This document shows, in pieces, positions 21,462 through 30,255 of a stretch of 64,000 bases of DNA. The notes beneath the pieces are model-generated. The model was not told the DNA's origin and did not search any database. It worked only from the letters and a program-made list of their open reading frames with translations. Both the position numbers and the translations under genes were made by a program. The DNA comes from Longimicrobiales bacterium (GTDB taxonomy: Bacteria; Gemmatimonadota; Gemmatimonadetes; Longimicrobiales; Gaopeijiaceae), in the NCBI GenBank assembly GCA_965226375.1, contig CBDDCX010000008.1, forward strand, positions 640,001 to 704,000. Reading direction: 5' to 3'. Position 1 is the first letter of the stretch; every line of letters begins with the position of its first letter.

Positions 21462-23225
21462 CTATCCCCCTTCGTTTCCCCTTCGGGCCATGTCTGATTC
21501 GGTGAAGCGCCCCGGTGCCACTGCGCCGATGGGAACCGGTTTGAAGGGCGCCCGTGGGGCGAAGAAGTCCAGCTCGTCTCTTGCCCGGGCACTGTGGACG
21601 GGGAGCATCCCGGCCATGATCCCGGCGCAATAGCGGCCCTGACAGCGCCCCATGCCGGCGCGGGTCACCCGCTTGAGTGCTCCGAGCGACTCGACCCCGT
21701 CGTCCATCGCCTCGTGTATCTCTGCACGAGTCACTTCCTCGCAGCGGCAGATGTGCGTCTCGTCGGTCGCCAACTGATCGACCAGGAGTGGTGCATCGTA
21801 CAAGGCCCAGAGCGCGCGCTGGAATCGCTCCTGACGGCGCAACATTTTTTGAGCCCGCCTGGCCTCGAGCCGGAGCCCTGTCGGGTCCCCTGCACCCAGA
21901 CTTCGGGCCGCGTCGACCCCCGCGAGTACGCCCTGCGCTACCGCCACGCGACCACCGCCAATGCCTCCGCCGTCTCCTACGACCGCAACGCCGTCTACGG
22001 TCGTGCGGCCGTGCGGGTCCCGGACCGCTACAAGGTGCCCGCGACGCTCATCGAACCGATGACGACACCCGAGTGCCCGGGAAATGTCGTTGGACGGGAG
22101 GAACCCGAATCCAGTGCAGACCGCATCGACATCGAGGATGCGCTCCGTTCCCGGTATCGGTCGTCCGCCACCGTCGATGCCCGCCACCGTGGCTTGGGCT
22201 ACGCCCTCGTTCCCGGACGCAGCGATCACCGAGTGACCGTACAGCAGAGGAACGCCTGCCCGCCGCAGCGTATGCAGGTAGCCCACGCCATCCCTGAGTA
22301 GATCCGGGGCGTTCCACAGCATGGCTGCCAGATGCCAGGCCGAACGGACGCCTGGTGCCGGGGCGAGCTCCGCGAGAGCGACGACCGTGACTCCGGCTCG
22401 TGTCAGCTCCGCGGCAAGCTGAACGTTGAGGGGGCCGTTGCCGGAGATCACCACTCTCTCTCCCGGCGCGACTTGATACGCCCGCAGGAGTGCCTGCGCC
22501 GCCCCCGTGGTCATGAACCCGGGAAGTGTCCAGCCCGGCATCGGAACGGCCCGGTCGTAGGCGCCGGTCGCAACGATCAGTCGCTTCGGCCGAAGCACGT
22601 AGCTTGCTGCGTTCCCCAAAGCCATCACCTCAGTGGGTCCGTGCGCCGCCCAAACCGTGACGCCCGGTAGCACGCGCGCACCCGACTGCTGCACCCGACG
22701 AATCATCGCCCCTCCCCGCCGGAACTGGCGGTCGCCGAGCGCGTCGTTCACGGTGGACGCGTCCGCCGGTTGCTTGTAGTACTGGCCCCCGAGCTTTGCG
22801 CGTTCATCGACCAACACTACGTCGAGGCCGGCTTCGGCTGCGATGGATGCCGCCGCCAACCCTGCGGGACCACCACCGATCACCAGGACATCCATGCTTT
22901 CGTCGTGTTCAACGACCCCCTGGAATGGCACCCCCTGCTTCGCGAACGGCTGCTGGCATGCGACCGCGACCCCGCGACGGGCGGGGGTCACGCACGCGCG
23001 CTGATTCGGCACACCATCCACCGTGACCAGGCAATCCTGACACACTCCGATACCGCAGAACAGGCCGCGCGGTGCCCCGGAGGGCGTTCTCCGGCACACG
23101 CGTTCACCGGCGGCGAGTAGCGCCGCTCCGAGGGACTCACCACGCACCGCCTGGACCCGATGTTCCCCGAAGTCGAACGCCTCCCCTTCTTGGTGTGCCG
23201 CTATGCCCCGGGTGGTCACGCGCAT
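21462..23225 (-). CDS. Fused 2Fe-2S + FAD/NAD oxidoreductase + BFD-like domain (HcnA-HcnB / OoxA-like, copy 1)
   Basis: [14 protein letters not shown]...RAC, IGGGPAG, PGWTLPG, ICRCEEV, TRAGMGRCQGRYC. Confidence 0.88.
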   Translation of the reverse strand: MRVTTRGIAAHQEGEAFDFGEHRVQAVRGESLGAALLAAGERVCRRTPSGAPRGLFCGIGVCQDCLVTVDGVPNQRACVTPARRGVAVACQQPFAKQGVPFQGVVEHDESMDVLVIGGGPAGLAAASIAAEAGLDVVLVDERAKLGGQYYKQPADASTVNDALGDRQFRRGGAMIRRVQQSGARVLPGVTVWAAHGPTEVMALGNAASYVLRPKRLIVATGAYDRAVPMPGWTLPGFMTTGAAQALLRAYQVAPGERVVISGNGPLNVQLAAELTRAGVTVVALAELAPAPGVRSAWHLAAMLWNAPDLLRDGVGYLHTLRRAGVPLLYGHSVIAASGNEGVAQATVAGIDGGGRPIPGTERILDVDAVCTGFGFLPSNDISRALGCRHRFDERRGHLVAVRDPHGRTTVDGVAVVGDGGGIGGGRVAVAQGVLAGVDAARSLGAGDPTGLRLEARRAQKMLRRQERFQRALWALYDAPLLVDQLATDETHICRCEEVTRAEIHEAMDDGVESLGALKRVTRAGMGRCQGRYCAGIMAGMLPVHSARARDELDFFAPRAPFKPVPIGAVAPGRFTESDMARRGNEGG

Positions 23226-23229
23226 ACGA

Positions 23230-24399
23230 TCAGGCCTCCACCCGGAACATTGTCTCCTCGTCGATTCCCGTTACGACCCTCATGAATCCCTCGAGCTCCC
23301 GGTCCAGCTCCGGCTCGCCGGTGTCGACCAGCAGGACGCCACGAGTCAACGACAGGAGCTTTGCGGCCGTAGCGACCACGACGATGCTGTCGCGTCCGAT
23401 ACGCCGGATGACTTGTGGTCCAATCTGCTGATTTCCACGTCCGAAGATGTAACCCTGACCGCCGATGACACTCACGATGATCCGCGCGCGGTCCGCGTTG
23501 TCGAGTAGCGCGAGGAGCTGCTCTTCGTTCAGGTCCTTTCCGGCGAACCGTCCGTCGAGGATCGCATCGACGCCCAGGAGCGTGCAGTCGAGGTTTAGGT
23601 GCCGAGTGATGGCGCGGGTCGTCGTGCCGGGCCCGACGATGTACAGGCAATCGGGCTCCATCGCGCGCGCCACGCTCCGGGCCGCTGCGGCGAGCGCCTC
23701 GACGTCCCCGGTCGACCCGCTCTTGGGGCCCGCGACCATCTGTGGAGCACTCGGGACGGTCATGTAGCCGTAGAGTGACGCCGAGAGATGCCCCAGCCGC
23801 ATCGCCTCTTCGTCCACGTCCACCACTTCGGCTTCTCGCAGGGTGGCTGAGGGCCCGGCGGCCACGAACTGCGCCGCGAGATTTCCAGCGTTCTCGGGCG
23901 TGGTGGCAAAGACTCCAGAGTAGATCTTGACGCCCGCAGGGATGCCGAGGGCGGGCAGCTCAGGGCCGATCACCTCGGCGACGTCTCGCGCGGTCCCGTC
24001 CCCACCTGCGAACAGAAGGAGATCCACTCTTCGCCGCAGCATCTCACGCGCGGCTTCTTTCGTATGCTCCGGACCGGTCGGTCCGTCACCCGCCGAGATG
24101 ACCTCGCATCCCGATAGACCAGCGGACTCTGTGGCCGCAGCCCCCATTTCGCCGGGGCACGTGAGAATCTCGCAACCGTTCGCCACCGGGGACAGGCGCC
24201 GCAAGGCACGGGCGGCTTTGGAGCTGGCCTGCGGCACGGCACCCAGCGCTCTTGCGGTGTGCACGATTGGCCCATCCGTCCCCTTGAGGCCTACCCTTCC
24301 ACCCATTCCCGCGATGGGGTTCACGATGAGGCCGACCCTCCGACGACGCCGGGAGGGCGACTCGCCTCCCGATCGCGACGACATCGAGGTCCGAGACAC
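23230..24399 (-). CDS. ATP-NAD kinase / AcoX-family protein
   Basis: GLIVNPIAGMGGRVGLKGTDG, AGGDGTARD, GIPAGVKIYSGVFA, GGQGYIFGRGNQQI. Confidence 0.88.
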   Translation of the reverse strand: MSRTSMSSRSGGESPSRRRRRVGLIVNPIAGMGGRVGLKGTDGPIVHTARALGAVPQASSKAARALRRLSPVANGCEILTCPGEMGAAATESAGLSGCEVISAGDGPTGPEHTKEAAREMLRRRVDLLLFAGGDGTARDVAEVIGPELPALGIPAGVKIYSGVFATTPENAGNLAAQFVAAGPSATLREAEVVDVDEEAMRLGHLSASLYGYMTVPSAPQMVAGPKSGSTGDVEALAAAARSVARAMEPDCLYIVGPGTTTRAITRHLNLDCTLLGVDAILDGRFAGKDLNEEQLLALLDNADRARIIVSVIGGQGYIFGRGNQQIGPQVIRRIGRDSIVVVATAAKLLSLTRGVLLVDTGEPELDRELEGFMRVVTGIDEETMFRVEA

Positions 24400-24412
24400 G
24401 GGAAACGCTACC

Positions 24413-25969
24413 TCACCCCTTCGCGTTTCGCTTCTTCAGGTGTGCGCGCCACGTCATCGCTCGGCGTGACGGATCCTGTAGGGCCTCGAAGTCGACGCGG
24501 TGCACGGCCTGCCTATGGGGCGATGTCTTGACGACCTCGGGATTCGAATAAGCCTCGGACGCGACGTGCTCGAGTACCGCCGCCCAGTACTCGATATCCT
24601 CCACCGGGGGCGTCTCCCCGGTCTCCGGCGTAAACGGCTCTGGCACGATCTCGGGTGGGTGAGCCATCCAGTACGCGTCCAAGCCGAAATCGGTCATGCG
24701 GTGCTGGATGTCGACCGTGTCGACGCCGGTCTCTTGCGTCAGCTCGTCCCAACCGTATCGCGTCATCTCGAGTCGCCGTTTGGTCATGTTCGGAAAACCC
24801 TTGGAGACGCCCTTGATGGCCATGAGCAGCTTCTCGAGGTAGTTGTTTCCGAGCACGGACAGCTCACGCGCCTCGCGGATCCCGTCCGCTCCCATCGCCA
24901 GCACCCACGCATACGCCTTGAGCACGACCTGTGCGTTGCCCCAGAACTCGCGGATCTTGCCGATGGAATGGGGCCGGTCGTGGTCGAGGCGGTAGGTGCT
25001 CCCATCGTATGTGACGATGGGAACCGGGAGGTACTCTGCCAACTCGCTAGTACATCCGTAGGCCCCACCAGCCGGTCCCATGCCTCCCTTCGACGCCCCG
25101 AAGGTCTTGTGCAGCATGTACATGCAGGCGTCGAACCCGATGTCTCGCGCCCGCGTCAATCCCATCACGCCGTTGAAGTTGGCGTGATCGTAGAAGCAGA
25201 GTCCGCCCGCATCGTGCACGATCTTCACCCACTCGTCGATGTGCGGGTTGTAGATGCCCAGATCGTCGGGGTTGACCGTCATCAGCCCAGCCGTGCGCTC
25301 CGAGACGGCGGCCTTCAGCGCGTCGACGGACGGGTACCCGTTCTCCTCGGGCATGAGGTTGATCACCTTGAACCCCGCCGTCGCCGCAACTGCCGGGTTG
25401 CAGCAGTGGGTGAAGAGCGTCGTGATCACCTCGTTCCGCTGCTCGAGCTCGCCACGCGCGGCGTGATACGCGCGCATCACGCACGCGTGTGTGTAGGCAG
25501 CGTGCGAGCCGCCGCCCGGCTGGAAGACGAACTGATCCATACCCGAAAAGGCACGACACATGTGGTCGAACCGATGGATGATCTCCAGTATGCCCTGCAG
25601 TGTCTCCTCATCCTGGTAGGGATGCAGCTCCGCCATCTGCGGGGCCATGGCCGCCTGTTCCGCCACGCGCGGATTGTACTTCATGGTGCAGGTGCCGAAG
25701 AGGTTGATCCCCATCATGCTCAGCGTCTGCTGAGAGAGGTGCAGGTAGTGCCTTAGCACCTCGGGTTGAGACAGCTCCGGCAACCTCGGGGGTTCCTTGC
25801 GACGCATCGCGACAGGAACGAGGTCGGCGGCGTCTCCGACCGCTTCGCGGACACCGTCTTCCGCTTCCGGAATCGCCAGCCCGCGCCGTCCCGGGTGCCC
25901 CATCTCCATGACGACCGGCTCACTCCAGACGGCCGCGTGGTAGTCCCTCAGTTTCACACGTTCGGTCAT
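24413..25969 (-). CDS. gcvPB: Glycine dehydrogenase subunit 2-like PLP enzyme (divergent)
   Basis: LPELSQPEVLRHY, GTCTMKYNP, YDHANFNG, LHKTFG PLP lysine; ATGA overlap with gcvPA. Confidence 0.85.
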   Translation of the reverse strand: MTERVKLRDYHAAVWSEPVVMEMGHPGRRGLAIPEAEDGVREAVGDAADLVPVAMRRKEPPRLPELSQPEVLRHYLHLSQQTLSMMGINLFGTCTMKYNPRVAEQAAMAPQMAELHPYQDEETLQGILEIIHRFDHMCRAFSGMDQFVFQPGGGSHAAYTHACVMRAYHAARGELEQRNEVITTLFTHCCNPAVAATAGFKVINLMPEENGYPSVDALKAAVSERTAGLMTVNPDDLGIYNPHIDEWVKIVHDAGGLCFYDHANFNGVMGLTRARDIGFDACMYMLHKTFGASKGGMGPAGGAYGCTSELAEYLPVPIVTYDGSTYRLDHDRPHSIGKIREFWGNAQVVLKAYAWVLAMGADGIREARELSVLGNNYLEKLLMAIKGVSKGFPNMTKRRLEMTRYGWDELTQETGVDTVDIQHRMTDFGLDAYWMAHPPEIVPEPFTPETGETPPVEDIEYWAAVLEHVASEAYSNPEVVKTSPHRQAVHRVDFEALQDPSRRAMTWRAHLKKRNAKG

Positions 25970-27375
25970 TGCGCCAGCACCTCCTCGAGTTCGCCGGCCA
26001 GCCGGTCGACGTCCCCCTGTGTGTGAACCTCGGTGACACAATACAACGCGCTCTGGCCCAGCTCGGGGAACTCACCGCTGAGATCCTTGCCACCGTAGAT
26101 CCCCCGCTCCCGAAGGGCGCGATTGATGTCGCGGACCGTCTTGCCGGTGCCGTCGAAGTTCGCGATGAACTCCTTGAAGCCATCAGGCGCGAATGAGACG
26201 TCGACTCCGGGAATGTCGCCGAGCCTCTTTCGGGCGTATTGCGATCGCTGGAGAATGACCTCGCCGATCTCGCGGAATCCGTTGGGACCGAGCAACGACA
26301 TGTACACCGCATTGACGATGGTCCAGAGGTACACCGTGTTGCCCGTCCAGTCCTTCCCCTCGTCCCGGAGCCCGTACGAGGTCTGATGCTCGCAGGTCAG
26401 GAAGAAGGCACGCTCGTCCCCGCCGGCGGTGGTCGGCGCGATGCTGACCAGCAGGGTCGGGTACTCCCCCACGTAGCGATCCTCGTCGCGCGTCGCGATG
26501 AACCCGCCCGCGCCTCCGCCGCAGTTCATGTGGATGCCGAGCGTCTGCGTGGTGCCGACGACGATGTCGGCGCCGTAGTCCGCGGGAGCGGCCAGCACGC
26601 CGAGTGATAACGGGTCGACGCCGACCACACACTCCGCTCCGTTGTCGTGAGCCATGCGCGCGATCTCTTCTCCTTGTGACTCGATGAACCCCAGGTAGCT
26701 CGGGTTCTCGAAATACACGGCTGCGGTCGTGTTCGAGATCGCCCCTCGCAAGTCGTCCAGGTCGAGTAGACCGCTGCCCGCATCGAACCCGACCTTGCGA
26801 ACCGCGATGTGCCCACCCACGTCCGTGGGACCACAGAAGGATCTGAGCACCGCGAGCCGCTCGGGGCTGATGGTGCGCGGCACCAGCACCTCGTTCCGCC
26901 CGGTCATGCGGGCGGCCATGCGAATGGCGTTGCCGAGGGCACAGCCCCAGCTGTAGGTCGGGAGCCCGACCACGTCCATGTTCACGAGCTCGCCCATCTG
27001 GCTGCAGAACTCGAAGTACGCCTGGAACCGCCCGTGGTCGGAGGAGGCGGAGCCGAAATTGGCGGTCAGGAACTCACTGCGCTGTGCGATCTCATCGCAC
27101 ACGGCCGGCACGTAGTGCTGCCAACAACCTGCGCCCAGGAAATTGAGCACATCTTCGCACGACCGGTTCCGGGATAGCATCTCCCTGAGGTGCCGGTCGA
27201 GCGCACTCTCCTCGACGATAGGGGAGGGCAGTTGGAGCGGCGCCTGGAGCCGAAGCCGTTCCGGTATCTGCTCGAAGAGCTCATCGATCTCGTCGATGCC
27301 GATGGCCCGCATCATCGCGGCCTTGGTCTCGGGCACCGCGTTCGGCATGTAGGGGTGGACCTTGGGATCTGCCAT
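25966..27375 (-). CDS. gcvPA: Glycine dehydrogenase subunit 1-like (divergent)
   Basis: HPYMP, LNFLGAGCWQHYVPA, ENPSYLG, PADYGADIVVG, LYCVTEVHT. Confidence 0.85.
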   Translation of the reverse strand: MADPKVHPYMPNAVPETKAAMMRAIGIDEIDELFEQIPERLRLQAPLQLPSPIVEESALDRHLREMLSRNRSCEDVLNFLGAGCWQHYVPAVCDEIAQRSEFLTANFGSASSDHGRFQAYFEFCSQMGELVNMDVVGLPTYSWGCALGNAIRMAARMTGRNEVLVPRTISPERLAVLRSFCGPTDVGGHIAVRKVGFDAGSGLLDLDDLRGAISNTTAAVYFENPSYLGFIESQGEEIARMAHDNGAECVVGVDPLSLGVLAAPADYGADIVVGTTQTLGIHMNCGGGAGGFIATRDEDRYVGEYPTLLVSIAPTTAGGDERAFFLTCEHQTSYGLRDEGKDWTGNTVYLWTIVNAVYMSLLGPNGFREIGEVILQRSQYARKRLGDIPGVDVSFAPDGFKEFIANFDGTGKTVRDINRALRERGIYGGKDLSGEFPELGQSALYCVTEVHTQGDVDRLAGELEEVLAQ

Positions 27376-27392
27376 AGCTTTTCACCGAGCGG

Positions 27393-28685
27393 CTAGGCCG
27401 CGATCGCTCCCGTCGAGACGTCTTGCGGATCGTCGACTGGTGGGCGGACCCCGAACCAGAGGACCCCCGCCAACAGAGACAGCGCGCCCGCGGTCGTCAA
27501 GACCGCAATCCATCCCAGCTTGTCAGCCAGAATGGGCGTCACCGCACCCGCCACGATCCCGCCCAGGTTGTTGGACATATTGAGTGCCCCGCTGGCCGCG
27601 CCCGCGCGGCTGCCACCGATCTCCACGGCGCTGGCCCAGAACAGTCCCTCGGTGCTTTCGATGAGCCCGAGGGCGACCGACAGGAATCCGATCGCCACAT
27701 ATGCGCTTGTCGCGGTGGCGCCGCCCACGAGGCACCCGGCGGCTCCCGTGAACGCGATCACTGCCACGATCCGCTTCCCGTTGAACGTGCCTCTGGTTCG
27801 AGACAGTCGGTCGGCAATCCAACCGCCGAGTGGCGATGTCACGGTGGCGGCGAAGAACGGGAGGCTAGCGAACACCCCGCCCTGTAGAACGCTGAAGCCT
27901 CGCACGTCGACCAGGTACAGGAAGAACCAGAAGATGAACAGGTACCACAGGCATCCGAGCAGAAAGTAGCTCGTGAACAGATATGTAAGGCTTCGTTGGC
28001 GCAGCACGCTCCAGAGCTCGCCCGCGATCTGACGAGCTCCGGAGAACTCGAGCCGGCCCGGGGAAGCGGAGTTCACGCCCCCGTCGGCCGTTGGTTTCCC
28101 CAGGTAACGCCAGCAGAGCAAGGCAATGATGAGAGGTAGAATCGTGGCCCAGTAGAAGGATGCCCTCCACCCGATCGCAACCATCAGTGACGCGACCAAT
28201 GGCGGAGTCACCGCGGACCCCAGCATCGTGCCGGCGATGATGATGCCGAATCCCACCGCGCGCTCGTGGGGACCGAACCATGCCTGCATCTCACGGGCAC
28301 CCGCCGGGTACGTCGGCGACTGGAGAGTGCCCAGAATCAGGCGAAGTACAATTAGCGCGACGAGTGCCGGTGTACCCACCATGACCAGGGTGCCCGGGAT
28401 GATGCCGGTGAGAACGGTGATCACGCTCCACCCCAGCACCGCGGTCACCAGCACCTTGCGGGGGCCCAACCAATCGGCCAACAGGCCCGCGGGGATCTGA
28501 CACACTGTGTACCCCACCATGAATGCTGCGAACACCTGACCCATCTGGACCTCGGTCAGACTCAGCTCCGGCATCATGAACTTGGCGGCGATCGAGAGGT
28601 TCATGCGGGTCAGGTAGCTGACCAGACCCAGACCGGCGAGGATGGCCACGATCACCCATCGCGGGGCCGAACGGTCGCGCGTCAT
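27393..28685 (-). CDS. MFS transporter (ACS/anion:cation symporter-like)
   Basis: SYLTRMNLSIA, GLLADWLGPRKV motif A, WFGPHERA, about 12 TM helices. Confidence 0.9.
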   Translation of the reverse strand: MTRDRSAPRWVIVAILAGLGLVSYLTRMNLSIAAKFMMPELSLTEVQMGQVFAAFMVGYTVCQIPAGLLADWLGPRKVLVTAVLGWSVITVLTGIIPGTLVMVGTPALVALIVLRLILGTLQSPTYPAGAREMQAWFGPHERAVGFGIIIAGTMLGSAVTPPLVASLMVAIGWRASFYWATILPLIIALLCWRYLGKPTADGGVNSASPGRLEFSGARQIAGELWSVLRQRSLTYLFTSYFLLGCLWYLFIFWFFLYLVDVRGFSVLQGGVFASLPFFAATVTSPLGGWIADRLSRTRGTFNGKRIVAVIAFTGAAGCLVGGATATSAYVAIGFLSVALGLIESTEGLFWASAVEIGGSRAGAASGALNMSNNLGGIVAGAVTPILADKLGWIAVLTTAGALSLLAGVLWFGVRPPVDDPQDVSTGAIAA

Positions 28686-28749
28686 GAAGGTTGCCCTGGG
28701 GCAGGTGGCGCCAACGTTGGGCAACGCCAGGGGGTCAGGTCTGGGCAGA

Positions 28750-29469
28750 TCAATAGCCCGATTCCAACCTCGTATTGACCACCATTTCGGGCACCGAGGC
28801 GTTGTTTGGCAGGCGCAGCAGGAACGAGACGATCTCTGCCAGAGTGTCGGGCGGGATGCGCTCGGCAACCGGTGTCACGCCTGGAATCGACTGGATCATC
28901 GGCGTGTCTACCGCGCCTGGGCAGAGCACCGTAACGCGCACACCCCGCTCCCATCCTGCGGTCTTTGCGGCGTGACTCAGCGCCAGTACGGCGTGCTTGG
29001 ACATGGCATACCCCACCGAGACGCCCTCGCGGTAGCGCTTGGCATCGGTCGAGGCGACGTTGATGATCCGGCCGCCGCCGGTCTCGGAAAGATGGGGCAG
29101 GGCGTGGCGGATGAGGCGGAACGGCGCTTTTACGTTGACGGTCCAGAGCTCGTCCAATAGCTCCTCGTCACCTTCGTCGAAAAAGATCTGGCGCAAGATG
29201 CCGGCGTTGTTGATGAGTGCGTCGATTTGCCCGAAGTGCTCGGCGGTCGCGTCGACCCAGGCCCGGGCGGTGTCGGCCTCCCCAGCCTCGAACCGACAGA
29301 TCAGTCCCCGATCGGGGACCAGCTCCGGAAACATCTCGCGGGCCCGTGCGACGTCGCGGACCCCCAGCGACAGCCGGAACCCGTCCTCGGACAGGCGCCG
29401 GGTCACCGCAGCTCCGATTCCTCCGGTGGCCCCCGAGAGCATCACGACCCGGTCGTTCGGATCGATCAT
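28750..29469 (-). CDS. Short-chain dehydrogenase/reductase
   Basis: SGATGGIG, INNAG, YAMSK; TGATG overlap with the upstream SDR. Confidence 0.92.
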   Translation of the reverse strand: MIDPNDRVVMLSGATGGIGAAVTRRLSEDGFRLSLGVRDVARAREMFPELVPDRGLICRFEAGEADTARAWVDATAEHFGQIDALINNAGILRQIFFDEGDEELLDELWTVNVKAPFRLIRHALPHLSETGGGRIINVASTDAKRYREGVSVGYAMSKHAVLALSHAAKTAGWERGVRVTVLCPGAVDTPMIQSIPGVTPVAERIPPDTLAEIVSFLLRLPNNASVPEMVVNTRLESGY

Positions 29470-30251
29470 CAAAACAGTCCCTGATAGACGCCGCCGTCGT
29501 TGATGATGTTCTGACCGGTCATGAAACCCGACTGGGCGGCGCAGACGTACGCGACGAGATCGCCGCATTCCGAGGGGTCGGCAAACCGCCCTGCCGGGCA
29601 GTTCTTCTTCCGGTCCTCGACGATCGCTTCGTACGTCGTATTCCCGCGCTCCGCGTGGGAGTGGAGGTTGGTGTGCAGTGCATCCGTGTCGAAGAGCCCG
29701 GGACAGACCGTGTTGATGGTGACGTTGTGCCCGATCAGCTCCCGTGTCATGGAGGCGATCGCACCGCTTAACGCGAGCCGTGCGGCGTGGCTGGCGGCGA
29801 AGCCCACCTGTGGAAACTTGATAAAGCTCACCGACATGTTCACGATCCGGCCGAAGCGCCGCTCACTCATGCCCGGAACCAGGGCACGGATGAGATCCAA
29901 CGACGAATAGAAGTGCCAGCCCAACCAGTCGTCCCAATCCGCCCGCGCCATGGTGCGGAAATCGGCCGGCACCTGCCGGACGCCCGGATTGGCGACCAGG
30001 ATATCGGCCTCGGCGCAGGCGTCCAGGACCGCCGCACGTCCCTCCTCGGTCGTGATGTCGCCGGGGACGGCATGGACCGTGCCGCCCGTGCGCTCTGCGA
30101 TATCGCTCGCCGCCTCCTCGAGCGGCTCTTTCGTGCGCGCGGTGATCCACACCTCGGCACCTTCCCGAGCCAGGGAGAACGCACACGCCCGCCCGAGTCC
30201 CTTGCTGGCAGCGGTCACGATGGCGCGGCGTCCCTGAATGCCGATATCCAT
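29469..30251 (-). CDS. SDR-family oxidoreductase with atypical active site
   Basis: TAASKGLG, FGRIVNM; SHAAR where YxxxK normally lies. Confidence 0.88.
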   Translation of the reverse strand: MDIGIQGRRAIVTAASKGLGRACAFSLAREGAEVWITARTKEPLEEAASDIAERTGGTVHAVPGDITTEEGRAAVLDACAEADILVANPGVRQVPADFRTMARADWDDWLGWHFYSSLDLIRALVPGMSERRFGRIVNMSVSFIKFPQVGFAASHAARLALSGAIASMTRELIGHNVTINTVCPGLFDTDALHTNLHSHAERGNTTYEAIVEDRKKNCPAGRFADPSECGDLVAYVCAAQSGFMTGQNIINDGGVYQGLF

Positions 30252-30255
30252 CGCG

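Noticed and set aside
21462..23225. Hydrogen cyanide synthase (hcnABC) call
   Set aside because: Homologous family, but the importer/lyase context indicates catabolism; specificity cannot be assigned
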